Source of the DNA: Scyliorhinus canicula
Lineage: Eukaryota
Length of the DNA: 64,000 nucleotides
Assembly: GCF_902713615.1 (NCBI RefSeq)
Contig: NC_052150.1
Span: 11,866,000-11,929,999 of the forward strand
Reading direction: 5' to 3'
The position numbers and the translations under genes are program-made. Numbering within the stretch: position 1 is the first letter of the stretch; each line of letters opens with the position of its first letter. This document shows positions 48,244-61,236 of the stretch, piece by piece. The notes beneath the pieces are model-generated. The model saw nothing but the letters and a program-made list of their open reading frames with translations, searched no databases and was not told the origin of the DNA.

Positions 48244-48470
48244 TTTTAAAAAATAAATTTAGAGTACCCAATTATTTTTTCCAATTACGGGGCAATTTAA
48301 CATGGCCAATTCATCTACCCTGAACATCTTTGGGTTGCGAGGGCAAAACCCACACAAACACGGGGAGAATGTGAAAACCCCACAAGGACAGTGACCCAGA
48401 TCCGGGATCGAACCTGGAACCTCAGCGCCGTGAAGCAGCAGGGCTAACCACTAGGCCACCGTGCTACCCC
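48244..48470 (-). mobile_element. V-SINE, poly(A) form
   Basis: V-domain and tRNA head on the minus strand. Confidence 0.8.
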
Positions 48471-48890
48471 AGTTTTACTAAACTTTAAACATCACTGAAT
48501 GATGCCCACCGCATCTGTTTTGCGGTTTGTTTTGTATTGTGCTGTTGGAGGTAACTTCCTGTGAATGAACCTGAACTATTGTGCATATTCTATGTGTATT
48601 TTTTCAATTCACAGAGGTGGTTCTCGTGCTTACATTTGTCCCACAGGCGGCACGGTGACTATGGTTAGCACTGCTGCCTCACGGCGCCGAGGATCCAGGT
48701 TCAATCCTGGCTCTGGGTCACTGCCCGTGTGAACTTTGCACATTTCTCCTCCCCGCCTCTGTGACTGCGTGGGTTTTGAAAAATGAAAATCGCTTATTGT
48801 CACGAGTAGGCTTCAATGAAGTTACTATGAAAAGCCCCTAGTCGCCATGTTCTGGTGCCTGTTCGGGGAGGCTGGTACAGGTTTTGCGCA

Positions 48891-51830
48891 AGAAGATGCG
48901 CAGGGGAAGAGTAGACAGGGAAGAGATGATGAACGCAAAGGGACAGGTGGTCTGAGGTGCATTTGTTTTAATGCGAGAAGTGTAGCAGGTAAGGCAGATG
49001 AACTTAGGGTTATGATCAGCACCTGGGAATATGATGTTATTGGTATTACTGAGACTTGGTTGAGGGAAGGGCAGGACTGGCAACTGAATATCCCAGGGTA
49101 TAGATGCTTCAGGAGGGATAGAGAGGGAGGTAGAAGGGGGTGGAGGAGTTGCATTACTAGTCAGAGATGATATCACAGCTGTGATTAAGGAGGGCACTAT
49201 GGAGGATTCGAGCACTGAGGCAATATGGGTGGAGCTGAGAAATAGGGTGCAGTAACATTGTTGGGACTTTACTACAGACCTCCCAAAAGCGAGCATGAAG
49301 TAGAGGTACAAATATGCAGACAGATTATAGAAAAATGTAGGAGCAATAGGGTGGTTGTGATGGGAGATTTTAACTTCCCCAAGATTGAATGGGATTCGTG
49401 TAGTGTTGGAGGCGTAGATGGAGCAGAGTTTGTAAGGAGCATCCAGGAGAGTTTTTTTTTTTTAGAACAGTATGTAAATAGTCCAACTCGGGAAGGGGCC
49501 ATACTGAACCTGGTATTGGGGAATGATCCCGGCCAGGTGGTTGATGTTTCAGTCGGTGATTACTTTGGGAATAGCGATCACAATTCCGTAAGTTTTAGAA
49601 TACTCATGGACAAGGACAAGAGTGGTCCGAAAGGGAGTGTACTAAATTGGGGAAAGGCAGAGTATAACAAAATTCGGCAGGAGCTAGGGAATGTGGATTG
49701 GGAGCAGCTGTTTAAGGGTAAATCCACATTTGAAATGTGGGAGTCTTTTAAGGAAAGGTTTATTAGAGTGCAGGACAGACATGTTCCTGTGAAAATGAGA
49801 GATAGAAATGGCAAGATTAGGGAACCATGGATGACGGGTGAAATTGTGAGACTAGCTAAAATGAAAAAGGAAGCATACATAGGATCGAGGCAACTCAAAA
49901 CTGATGAAGCTTTGGAGGAATATCGGGAAAGTAGGACGAATCTCAAACGCGCAATAAAGAGGGCTAAAAGGGGTCATGAAATATCTTTGGCTAACAGGTT
50001 TAAGGAAAATCCCAAAGCCTTTTATTCGTATGTAAGGAGCAATAGGGTAACTAGAGAAAGGATTGGCCCACTCGAAGACAAAAGAGGGAATTTATGCGTA
50101 GACTCAGAGGAAATGGGTGAGATTCTTAATGAGTACTTTGCATCGGTATTCACAAAGGAGAGGGACAAGACGGATGTTGAGGCTAGGGATGGATGTTTAA
50201 ATACTCTAGGTCAAGTTATCATACGGAAGGGGGAAGTTTTGGGTATTCTAAAAGACATTAAGGTGGACAAGTCCCCAGGACCGGAAGGGATCTATCCCAG
50301 GTTACTGAGGGAAGTGAGGGTTGAAATAGCTGGGGCCTTAACAGACATCTTTGCAGCATCCTTGAGCACGGGTGAGGTACCGGAGGACTGGAGAATTGCT
50401 AATGTTGTCCCTTTGTTTAAGAAGGGTAGCAGGGATAATCCAGGGAATTATAGACCTGTGAGCTTGATGTCAGTGGTAGGCAAACTGTTGGAGAAGATAC
50501 TGAGGGATAGGATCTATTCACATCTGGAAGAAAATAGACTTATCAGCGATAGGCAGCATGGTTTTGTGCAGGGAAGGTCATGTCTTACAAATCTAATAGA
50601 ATTCTTTGAGGAAGTGACAAAGTTAATTGATGAGGGAAGGGCTGTAGATGTCATATACATGGACTTTAGTAAGGCGTTTGATAAGGTTTCCCATGGCAGG
50701 TTGATGGAAAAAGTGAAGTCGTATGGGGTTCAGGGTGTGCTAGCTAGATGGATAAAGAACTGGCTGGGCAACAGGAGACAGAGTAGTGGTGGAAGGGAGT
50801 GTCTCAAAATGGAGAAGGGTGACTAGTGGTGTTCCACAGGGATCCGTGCTCGGACCACTGCTGTTTGTGATCTACATAAATGATCTGGAGGAAGGTATAG
50901 GTGGTCTGATTAGCAAGTTTGCAGATGATACTAAGATTTGCTGGAGTTGCAGATAGCGAGGAGGACTGTCAGAGAATACAACAAAATATAGATAGATTGG
51001 AGAGTTGGGCAGAGAAATGGCAGATGGAGTTCAATCCAGGCAAATGCAAGGTGGTGCATTTTGGAAGATCAAATTCAAGAGCGGACTATATGGTCAATGG
51101 AAGGGTCTTGGGGAAAATTGATGTACAGAGAGATCTGGGAGTTCAGGTCCATTATACCCTGAAGGTGGCAACGCAGGTCGATAGAGTGGTCAAGAAAGCA
51201 TACAGCATGCTTGCCTTCATCGGGCGGGGTATTGAGTACAAGAGTTGGCAGGTCATGTTACAGTTGTATAGGACTTTGGTTCGGCCACATTTGGAATACT
51301 GCGTGCAGTTCTGGTCGCCACATTACCAGAAGGATGTGGATGCTTTAGAGAGGGTGCAGGGGAGGTTCACCAGGATGTTGCCCGGTATGGAGGGTGCTAG
51401 CTATGAAGAAAGGTTGAGTAGATTAGGATTGTTTTCGCTAGAAAGACGGAGATTGGGGGGGTCCTGATTGAGGTGTACAAAATTATGAGACATATGGACA
51501 GGGTGGATAGCAACAAGCTTTTTCCAAGAGTGGGGGTGTCAATTACAAGGTCACGATTTCAAGCTGAGAGGGGGAAAGTTTAAGGGAGATGTGCGTGGAA
51601 AGTTTTTTACGCAGAAGGTGGTGGGTGCCTGGAACGCTTTACCAGCGGAGGTGGTAGAGGTGGGCACGATAGCATCATTTAAGAGGCATCTAGACAGGTA
51701 TATGAACGGATGGGAACAGAGGGATGTAGACCTTGGAAAATAGGAGACAGGTTTAGATAAAGGATCTGGATCGGCGCAGGCTGGGAGGGCTGAATGGCCT
51801 GTTCCTGTGCTGTAATTTTCTTTGTTCTTT
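48891..51830 (+). mobile_element. CR1 LINE: near-complete ORF2 (APE endonuclease and RT) plus 3'UTR, frameshifted
   Basis: [78 protein letters not shown]; about 5 frameshifts; tail CCTGTGCTGTAATTTTCTTTGTTCTTT; no ORF1. Confidence 0.95.
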
Positions 51831-52486
51831 GGGTAGGTGGATTAAATTGCCCCTTAATTGGAAAAAAGTTTAAAATTGTCCCAGTCTGAATGTCGAAGTA
51901 AAGAACTTTAAAGTTGTTACAATTGGATAGAAGAAACATGATAGGAATAACATTGTACTCATTGAAGTACTGCCCCCTTTGACCAAAACAGAAATTTCTC
52001 AGCTGGTCAGACAGTGCCCGTGGAGAGAGGAGCAGTGTTTATGTTTCAAGGCGATGAACCTTCATTTGTTAACTTGTGTTTGTCTTTCCAAAGGCGCTGC
52101 CTAACCTGCTGAATAATTCCAGCACTTTGTTTTATTTTGGATTTCCAGCAGCCTCGGTGTTTTCTTTTTGTGATGATTCAAATACACTCTTGTTTCCATC
52201 AAAATGGACATGAACATGTGACATTTAAACATGAACTTAAGTGCAATTAAGATGTTTCATTAGAAGGTAGTTGAAACAAACAATCTGATAAGAAAGCAGA
52301 ATGTCCATAGTGTAGCCAATAACCTGGAAAAACAACATGGATTTCTCAAAACTGACAAGATATAACTTTTTAGTAAAACAATGGGAACGGTTGTTGCAGC
52401 TGGTGTCCCAGACTGTAACAACCATTATCAGGATTGGCTAGAGTGAATTCCTGATATCTCCTGCATATTTCCCTTTTTAAAGCATA

Positions 52487-52668
52487 AAAGCAATTTACTG
52501 CGGGTGCTGGAATCTGAAACCAAGAAGAAAATGGTGGAAAATCTCAGCAGGTTTGGCAGCATCTGTAGGGAGAGAAAAGAGCTAACATTTCGAGACAAAA
52601 GTCATTGGACTCGAAACGTTAGCACTTTTCTCTCCCTACAGATGCTGCCAGACCTGCTGAGATTTTCA
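52487..52668. mobile_element. Second Penelope-like family, inverted remnant
   Basis: About 58-bp inverted arms (52537-52594 and 52610-52667) around GTCATTGGACTCGAAACG; related pieces at about 45790-45915 and 52000-52150. Confidence 0.65.
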
Positions 52669-52795
52669 TTTTGATTCCCTTTTTGAAGTAGTGTGTTTGG
52701 AAACCGTTTGTAAAGCCTTTCCAATTGGATAATTACAATGAGATATGATTAAAGTTAAGTTCATTGTCTTTGTTTTGTATGTTGCATGTCACTAT

Positions 52796-53121
52796 GGGTG
52801 TGACAGTAGTTCGCTCTGCTACCTCAGTGCCAGGAACCTGGATTCAATTCCAGCCTTGGGTGACTGTGTGGAATTTGCACTTTCTCTCTGTGTCTGTGCG
52901 AGTTTCCACCAGGTGCTCTGGTTTCCTCCCACAGTCCAAAGATGTGCATGTTAGATGGATTGCCATGTTAAATTGCCCCTTAGTGTCCAAAAACGTTAGG
53001 TGGGGTTACAGGTTTGTGAGGATAGGCTGGAGGTCTGGGCTTAGGTAGGGTGCTCTTTCCAAGGGCCTGTGCAGACTTGATGGGCCGAATGGCCTCCTTC
53101 TGTACTGTACATTCTATGATT
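52796..53121 (+). mobile_element. V-SINE with CR1-like tail
   Basis: V-domain; ends in GGGCCGAATGGCCTCCTTCTGTACTGTACATTCTATGAT. Confidence 0.8.
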
Positions 53122-54775
53122 GGAATACAGTTGTTTTTATTCTTTCATGGGATGTATGCGCAAGGCCAGCATTTGTTGCCCGTCCCTAATTGCCGTTGAA
53201 TTTGGTGGCTTCATAGAGCAGTTAAGAATCACCCAGGATACTGTCATACAGTCATATGGGCCAGACCAGATAAAGATGGCAGATTTCCTTCCCTGGACAG
53301 CTGGCTTTCACAATGGTTTGCGGAGGCTTCTGTAAACACTTAACTGTAAATTAGTGATGTCATAATTTACCTTTTAATGTTTTCAATATTCTCCTGGGTG
53401 ATCGAACATGTATGGCAGTATCCATTTTGGCTTGCACTAACCTTACCAAACAAGTGAACATTTCAAACCACTGTTCATCCCCTGCCCAAAAAGTATGTGA
53501 GATATTTCGAGGAGCAACGTTGATGTTCAAAGTTTCAATAGTTGGGATAGAGGTTTGCATTTTATGCTTTGAAATCTGCATGCATTCAGTTAACAGCTGA
53601 TGGTTCTGGGATAAAATGTGAACTAAATTCAAATGTAGATGGAATATTTTTCCTTGGAAGGTGGCTGCAAACTAAACAAAGAACAGTGCTACTTTTAACA
53701 TGGTTATGAAAAGCATGCAGGAGAAAGCTTTTTGCATTGCACTCACAAACTAACATCTGCTATATGTTTCGATGGTCTTTGTTTGACAACTTAGTGACGT
53801 ATTGTAGATGGTGTTTAAATATAATTATTGAGCTTGGTGTTCTGCCTTGGGCAACTTATTAATCAGTTCCAGTTTTTTGAAACTTGAAAAAGCGACAACG
53901 AAAAGCAATGCTATGAAATATTGGTTATAATACCTACAGTATTGATTTGAGCATAGTTGTCACTTTTTTTTTTTGAAATCTGACAAGTCTAATGATTATT
54001 TATCATTTCATGTTCTTTGATCAAAGAGCAATGCATGGTCTGAGGAGAGTAAATGTGCAAAGGAAATTGCGTTGGAACAAAAATACACTCCACTGTTGAT
54101 CTTGAACCATATTATAGTGACGGTGGTCAGTTTGGAGAAATTCTGTGCTCTCGATTGCAATTGTACAGACAGAAAGAGGCCATCATGTCTGTATTGGCTT
54201 TGAAAGAACAATTAGTCCCACTCCTCGATCGTAGCGGCTTGCTGCACAAAAAAACCCTTCTGATCTATCTCCTAGATTTTATTTTAACCCATTACTGACC
54301 CTGCTGCCCGGGAAACACGTATTCCTTATTTAGTATCAAATCCCCCCCGAGGCCTCTGTTAAATTTCCCACAACTCTTTTCTGCTCAAGGGACAATAATC
54401 CCAGCTTCTCTAGTTTACCCACCTAACTGACTCACCTCATCCGAGGTAATTTAATTTTATTGTTGTCGTTCCTTCTTACTGGCTGAGAACTAACGCAGTT
54501 AGTGTTCATTTTGGGTAACTTGACATGTATCCTATCTGAAATTGAATTGCCTGGTGTTTCTTCTTAAATACAAAAATCCTAGAACTAAGGGTGACATTTA
54601 CTCAGCACAATTTGGCAACTGTTGATGTTTACACTAAGAGTCGAGATCATATTGGGATATTGTGTGAATTTTTGATTTTGAATTGCATGTCTTTAAAGGC
54701 TGTGGCAAAAAAAGATTCAAGGAGCTTTCTTCTCTCCTGCTTGTACAGGTTTAATTATGGACTGCACATTAGATC

Positions 54776-55075
54776 ATGTTGTCATCTAGTCGAAACAGGG
54801 ATATTGAGCGGCGAGCTGAGTACCTGCAAGCTGACCAGTGTCTGCCACCTTCCAGTGACAACTCCATGGGTAGGATATGGTTCATCAAAGATGGCTGTGG
54901 TTTGGCCTGCGCCGTCGTCACCTGGATGCTGATTTTCTACGCAGAGTTTGTGGTTATTTTTGTCATGCTCGTGCCAGCGAAAGACTTGTTGTACAGTATC
55001 ATTAATGGGATTATCTTCAACATGCTGGCTTTCCTTGCTTTGGCTTCTCACTCGAGAGCAATGCTGACAGATCCT
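54776..55075 (+). CDS. ZDHHC3: Palmitoyltransferase ZDHHC3, first coding exon (exon starts at 54749)
   Basis: 100 codons [18 protein letters not shown]...WFIKDGCG...[14 protein letters not shown]; acceptor TACAG| at 54748; donor CCT|GTAAGT; head-to-head with EXOSC7 as in human. Confidence 0.95.
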
Positions 55076-56312
55076 GTAAGTCACACATTTAATTACCTCC
55101 ATTAATGTTAAGAGAGGAATTGCATGTCCCTGACTGGTGCCAGTTTGATCCTGTACTAGTAAGAGTACATAGGAGATCGGTTGACTAAATTGTGGTGTTC
55201 AGAGCAAACCTCAGTTAGCTGCTTCCGGCTTTCCAACTAAATACCACATTATGCGGTGCTGAAATATGCAAGACTGGGATACCATGGGCACAATTCCTGG
55301 TCTGTACTGTTAGCAAATTTGCGGCCTGGTTCCTCCTTGGAGGTGAAAGAAGGAAGGAGGAAGATCCGCCCATTCCTGTGGCCAATCGTGATCTCTGCCC
55401 AAGGTCGATACTCTGAAATACTTCTTGGGTGACCTGACTCTGACTCAGTCATTCATCTGTGATGTGATCCGTTATCAAATAGGTTGTTGTGTCTCTTCCT
55501 GTGTGAATGCCCACTTGGGCAAGGAATCAGTGAACTGCCTGTAGCTCTGGAAAGGTAGAGCAGCAAGATTAGGTGCCGACAAACACACTTTACATGGTGA
55601 CGAATGATACGCACAGGATGATTCAGCCCATCGTGCCCCTCGGGTCTTTGAAAGAGCCATCAATGAGTCTCCCTCCCCCTGCACTTTCTTATTCACACAG
55701 AGTTTGTGTCTTCTGCAAATGCTCTCTTGGGAGATTTGGATCTGCTTCCACTATCTTTTCAAGCAGCATATTCCAGATCATAACACATTGCATAAAAACA
55801 AATTTTTCCCCTTGTCCCCTTTAGATCATTGACCAAGCTCTTTACCTCTGTGTCCTCTGGTTCCTGATCCTCCTGCTATTGAGAATAGTTTCCCACTATC
55901 TGAAGGATCAACACCCTTCATAATTTTGAATTCTTCTATATAACCTTCCACTTAATCTTCTCTGTGCTAAGGAGAACAATTCACAGTTATTCAGCTCTCG
56001 CAACATAACTGAAGTTTATCCCTGAAACCATTAGACTATAAGACGTAGGAGCAGAAGTAGGCCACTCAGCCCATCGAGTCCTCTCCGCCATTCAATGAGA
56101 ATGGCGCCATGTCTGATCTGATCTAATAATCCTCAACTCCACTTTCCCGCTTTATCCCCATAACTCTTCATTCCCTTGCTGATTAAAAATCTGTCGATCT
56201 CAGCCTTGAGCATACTTAACGACCCCAGTATCTGCAGCTCTCTGCGGTAAAGAATTCCACAGATTCACTCCCCTCTGCGAGAAGAAATTCCTCTTTAGGA
56301 CATAGAACATAG

Positions 56313-56536
56313 GGGCAGCACGGTGGCCTAGTGGTTAGCACAACCGCCTCACGGCGCTGAGGTCCCAGGTTCGATCCCGGCTCTGGGTCACTGTCCGTGT
56401 GGAGTTTGCACATTCTCCCCGTGTCTGCGTGGGTTTCGCCCCCACAACCCAAAAATGTGCAGAGTAGGTGGATTGGCCACGCTAAATTGTCCCTTAATTA
56501 GAAAAAATAATTCGCTAATCTAAATTTAAAAAAAAA
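56313..56536 (+). mobile_element. Young V-SINE, poly(A) form, with TSD
   Basis: 16-bp TSD AGGACATAGAACATAG at 56297-56312 and 56537-56552; inserted in the tail of the opposite-strand SINE. Confidence 0.92.
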
Positions 56537-56552
56537 AGGACATAGAACATAG

Positions 56553-56885
56553 AACAGCACAGAACAGGCCCTTCGGCCCTCGATGTTGTGCTGAGCAATG
56601 ATCACCCTACTCAAACCCACGTATCCACCCTATACCCGTAATCCAACAAACCCCCCCCCCCCTTAACCTTACTTTTTAGGACACTACGGGCAATTTAGCA
56701 TGGGCAATCCACCTAACCCGCACATCTTTGGACTGTGGGAGGAAACCGGAGCACCCGGAGGAAACCCACGCACACACGGGGAGGACGTGCAGACTCCACA
56801 CAGACAGTGACCCAGCCGGGAATCGAACCTGGGACCCTGGAGCTGTGAAGCATTTATGCTAACCACCATGCTACCGTGCTGCCCT
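56553..56885 (-). mobile_element. V-SINE with CR1-like tail
   Basis: Full tRNA head, V-domain, GGGCCGAAGGGCCTGTTCTGTGCTGTTCTATGTTCTATG tail. Confidence 0.88.
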
Positions 56886-58048
56886 GAGACTGCCTTTGTC
56901 TGTCTTAAATGGGCGACCCCTTAATCTGAGATTATGCCCTCTGGTCCTCGACTCTCCCACAAGAGGAAACATCCTCTCAGCATCTCTGTCAAACCCCTTG
57001 AGAATCCTATATGTTTCAATAACTTGCCTCTCATCCTTCCAAACTCCAGTGAGTGCAGGCCCAATCTACTCGACCTTTACTCATAAGGAAATCCCTCCAT
57101 ACCTGGCATCAGCCTCGTGAACCTTCTCTGGACTGCCTCCAATACCAGTATATCTTTCCTTTGACAGGGGAACAAAAGCTGTTCAGTGTTTCAGCTCCAT
57201 TATTCTTCCTACCAAAGTGCATAACTTCACATGTTCCTGCCTTGTATTCCATCGGCCAGGTTTTTGCCCACTCGCCTAACCTGGCTATATCCCTCCGTAG
57301 ACTCTGTGTCATCCACACCACTTGCTTTCCCGCCTATCTTTGTGTCATTTACAAACTTGGCAATACTGCATTCACTTCCCTCGTCCAAATTATTCATATA
57401 TATATATATTGCGAATAATTGTGGCCCCAGCACTGATCCCTGTGGCAATCCACTAGGTTACGGTTGGTGTCCCCAGGTGCAGGTGTTATTGTATTTATTT
57501 CCCCCTCCATCCCCACCCCCTTGAATGTTTATTTTTGGAATATTATTTGAATGATCGCTGCTTCCAAGAGGATCTTTTACTCTGTAATTGTTTATTAAAC
57601 CTGCTACACATTCCAAATCCAATATAGCCTGATAGCTGGTTGGATCCTCAATATATTGTTCTCGGTAACTGTCCCGAACACACTCTGAATTCTTCCTTGT
57701 GGCTACCTCTGCCAATTTGATTTTCCCAATCTACATGAAGATTAAAGTCACCCATGATTAAAGCACTACCTTTTTTAAATGGCTTCATTATCTCCCAATT
57801 ATTTCTCCCTCCTGCAGTATTGCTATTGTTTGGGGGCCTGTAGACTACTCTCATTGTCGTCTTTCCCTTGTTATTTCTTAACTCCACCCGTATGGATTCT
57901 ACATCCTCCGATCCAAGATAATTTTTTTGCCATTGTACTTATTCCATCACACACTAACAATGCTACCCCACCCACAACATGAGCAAGAGCAGCATAGGGT
58001 GTTGTGAATGGTGTTCTTACAAGGAACAGATCAGGATAGTCTTGAGTC

Positions 58049-58274
58049 GGCAGCATGGTGGCGCAGTGGGTTAGCCCTGCAGCCTCACGGCGCCGAGGTC
58101 CCAGGTTCGATCCTGGCTCTGGGTCACTGTCCGTATGGAGTTTCCACATTCTCCCCGGGTTTGCGTGGGTTTCGCCCCCACAACCCAAAGATGTGCAAGC
58201 TAGGTGGATTGGCCATGCTAAATTGCCCCTTAATTGGAAAAAATTAATTGGGTACTTTAAATTTAAAAAGAAAG
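58049..58274 (+). mobile_element. V-SINE, poly(A) form, with TSD
   Basis: 16-bp TSD AGGATAGTCTTGAGTC at 58033-58048 and 58275-58290. Confidence 0.92.
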
Positions 58275-61066
58275 AGGATAGTCTTGAGTCTGGAATCAGA
58301 ATGGGTTAGCATTCAGAATTCGGAACAATTGTTGCTTTCCTCCAACGTGGCCAACTGCAACACCCTCACCTCTGTCCCATCCGAGACCAGTTAACTTGGG
58401 TGATAAAGGTCGCCAATATACTCTCGCTGTGACACACCTTTCATGCTCCAACTTAACTAGGCACTGGACTTCGCTGAACTTTTATCATCTTTACGGTTGT
58501 AATACATCTTTTTAATGAATTACCAGAAACTGCACAATAAATAAAACTCACTCACAGATGGCCTCTCTCTTAGTCAAATGGAAAAATCTGCTAACTTAAA
58601 GGTACATCTTGGCTTCAGTCTACAAGAAGCATAACAGAGATACATTACTTAATTAACAAATACGTTTTGGAAAAAAATCAATAGTTCAGTTTCATTTGCT
58701 GCAATTAACAGGCACTGTAGTCTATTGAGGGGCACGAGATTTCTCAGATTAAATATAACCAATCGAGCTGCAACTTGCACTACAAATTTCTAAACAGATT
58801 ACTGAAATAATCTTGCACCTCAAGATTTCTACAAATTTAGGTTTCTGCTTTTTGAAACTCTTCTCGCCACGAATCCTGTACCCCATACCATTGATTCCAT
58901 CTCCCACTCACTTGCACCACCCATCTGCCAGCCATCGCAAAGACCTCAACCTCCCTGCCTTGGCCCATCTGCTGATAAAGCCCCCGCCCTGCCGTCGTCA
59001 ACAACAGGCTCAACTGCTCCAGCTCTCTGTCGTCCAGCACCAATTCAGCTCATCCAAAACTGCTGCCTGTATCCTAAATACCATCAAGGTCCACTCGTTC
59101 ATCATCCCTCTGTTCATTGGCCTACATTGAGGCTCCCTGTTCCCTCAACATCTGCAGTTTAAAGCTTCCATCCTTATGTTTAATTCCCTTCATGACCTTG
59201 CACGTTCCTACCTCTCAAAGGTCTTCAGCCTAAATATCCTCAAACACACTTGGCTCCTCTGGCTTCAGCCTCACCACTGTAATCAATCGATGTACCATTT
59301 GTCAAGGTTCTCTGTTTTGATTATTCTTTTCGTCTACAATGTACATACTGTGTACATTCCCTCGGCTGCAGAAAAATACTTTTCACTGTACTTCGGTACA
59401 TATGACAATAAATCAAATTATGAATGGCGTGTCACCAGTGGACCTGGCTTATATTTCTTTTGCCTCCACTTTGTCTGGTTGAATGGCTTGCTTGTGCTCA
59501 TTGCTAAAGGTGCTGCAGAAATGCATGGGCACTCGCCAATAATGGCCTCATGCCAGGGGAGGCACAGCTCCTGTGGAAACAGAACCCAACTAGATACGTG
59601 TCTTTCAAAAAGAGCAAGTGACCAACAAGAAGCAAGTGATGGTGTGTTCTTTGGTTGCTTTACTGTCTGTATTCTTTGTAAATGGCTACTCGTATATGGT
59701 GTGTGTAGCATTGGGGATTTATCGAGTGAAATGCTTTGAGTTGACCGTGTGGTTGATGGGAAAGAGCTAAGAACAAAGAGATTTTAATGGATCTCCTGGG
59801 AGCTGAGTAAAGTCTGAGGCAGCATTTTTGTGCTGTTGATTCACTTTATTTATCTGATTGTGTGCCAAAATAGCAGAAAACAATGCTTCTTGGAGATTTA
59901 AATGGTTTCAATATCTTGTGTCCTTTCTTGACGGCAACATGTATGAACTGTCTCTCTTCCCAGCCACCATCCAAAAGTCGACAACCCTTTTCCCAGGCAA
60001 CCAATACAGTTATCAAACTTCTCTTGCTGAACCAAACTGTAAGGTGACTCCATTTAAGCTGCTGTTCTCTTTCTGACCCCGTCTCATACAGCATGTATGA
60101 AAAGCTTTGATTGTAAGTTGCATGTTTAATACGAGTCATTTGCGGGTGACTTAAGATGCTGAAACGTCTGTGAACGCCACTTTGCCACTTAAGTAACTTC
60201 ACCTAAACGGCATTCTACCTCCAGTGGGTGTGATATGAAGAAATTTGTGCCCCTCGTACAGCAGTTGCTTAACTCTGAAAGTGGTTGCCTGTTATTGAAA
60301 CGTGTCACTCCACCTGTGGTTTCGTATTTGAATTGGACAAATGTAATTATAATTATAGCCGATATGACTTCTGTAATTTTAAATATGTAAGTTTCTAAGT
60401 TATAAATAACAAAATATATTATGCAATTTCATAAATATGTGCAGTTTTGGTATCAACATGGTAAATGTGTGTATCTTGGATTAACTGGAACAAAATTAGC
60501 TCAATGTGATAAATGAGGGAAGCAAGAGCTATTTAAGGCTGAAAAATGTTTGGAAAGGGATTGCAGACAAATTGGATAACCGTGAAGGTTATGGCAATTG
60601 TTTTTAGACCTAGGCCAAGCTGATTCATTAGGGATATTAGGAAGCATTCATTATCAAACTTGGTGCCATGGTCATCAGAGGATTGTATTGTATCCATGTT
60701 TATTTTAACGAGCACGTTTGCTGTTTCTGTGCCTGTGCAGTTTTCAGTAAAGTTAGTTGAGCGCCCAGCAGTTGAAGGCTGATGAGATAAAGATGGTAGC
60801 AGGGTCTGGAAGAGGCAAAGCTTAATGGGAATGTGCCTCGAGTCTGTTGTGTCTCCATCTTGCAATGCTGCTTGATTCCGGCGTATAATCCAACTGTCGC
60901 AAGAGAATCATCTTGTTTCCCTTTGACCACTCAATAGTTTATCAGGCATTTCAACAATCTGATAACCGGGTAAACGCAAGACTTTGAGTTTAAAAAAAAA
61001 AGTGGAATATTGGAACTCTGTTAAATAATAACTAATGGCTTTTGTGGAGCTACTGAATACCAGCAA

Positions 61067-61236
61067 GGGCTGGTTTAGCTCAGTGGGCTAGACAGCTGGT
61101 TTGTGATGCAGAACAAGGCCGGCAATGCGGGTTCAATTCCTGTACCAGCTTACCCAAACAGGTGCTGGAATGTGGTGACTAGGGGCTTTTCACAGTAATT
61201 TCATACTTGTGACAATAAAAGGTTATTATTATTATT
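61067..61236 (+). mobile_element. Short tRNA-derived SINE ending in (ATT)n
   Basis: GGGCTGGTTTAGCTCAGTGG head, GGTTCAATTCC B-box, GGGGCTTTTCACAG tail. Confidence 0.75.

Larger units (their letters stand above)
56030..57975 (-). mobile_element. CR1 LINE remnant with internal deletions, interrupted by two SINEs
   Basis: Minus-strand [46 protein letters not shown]; 3' tail near 56030-56080. Confidence 0.8.
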
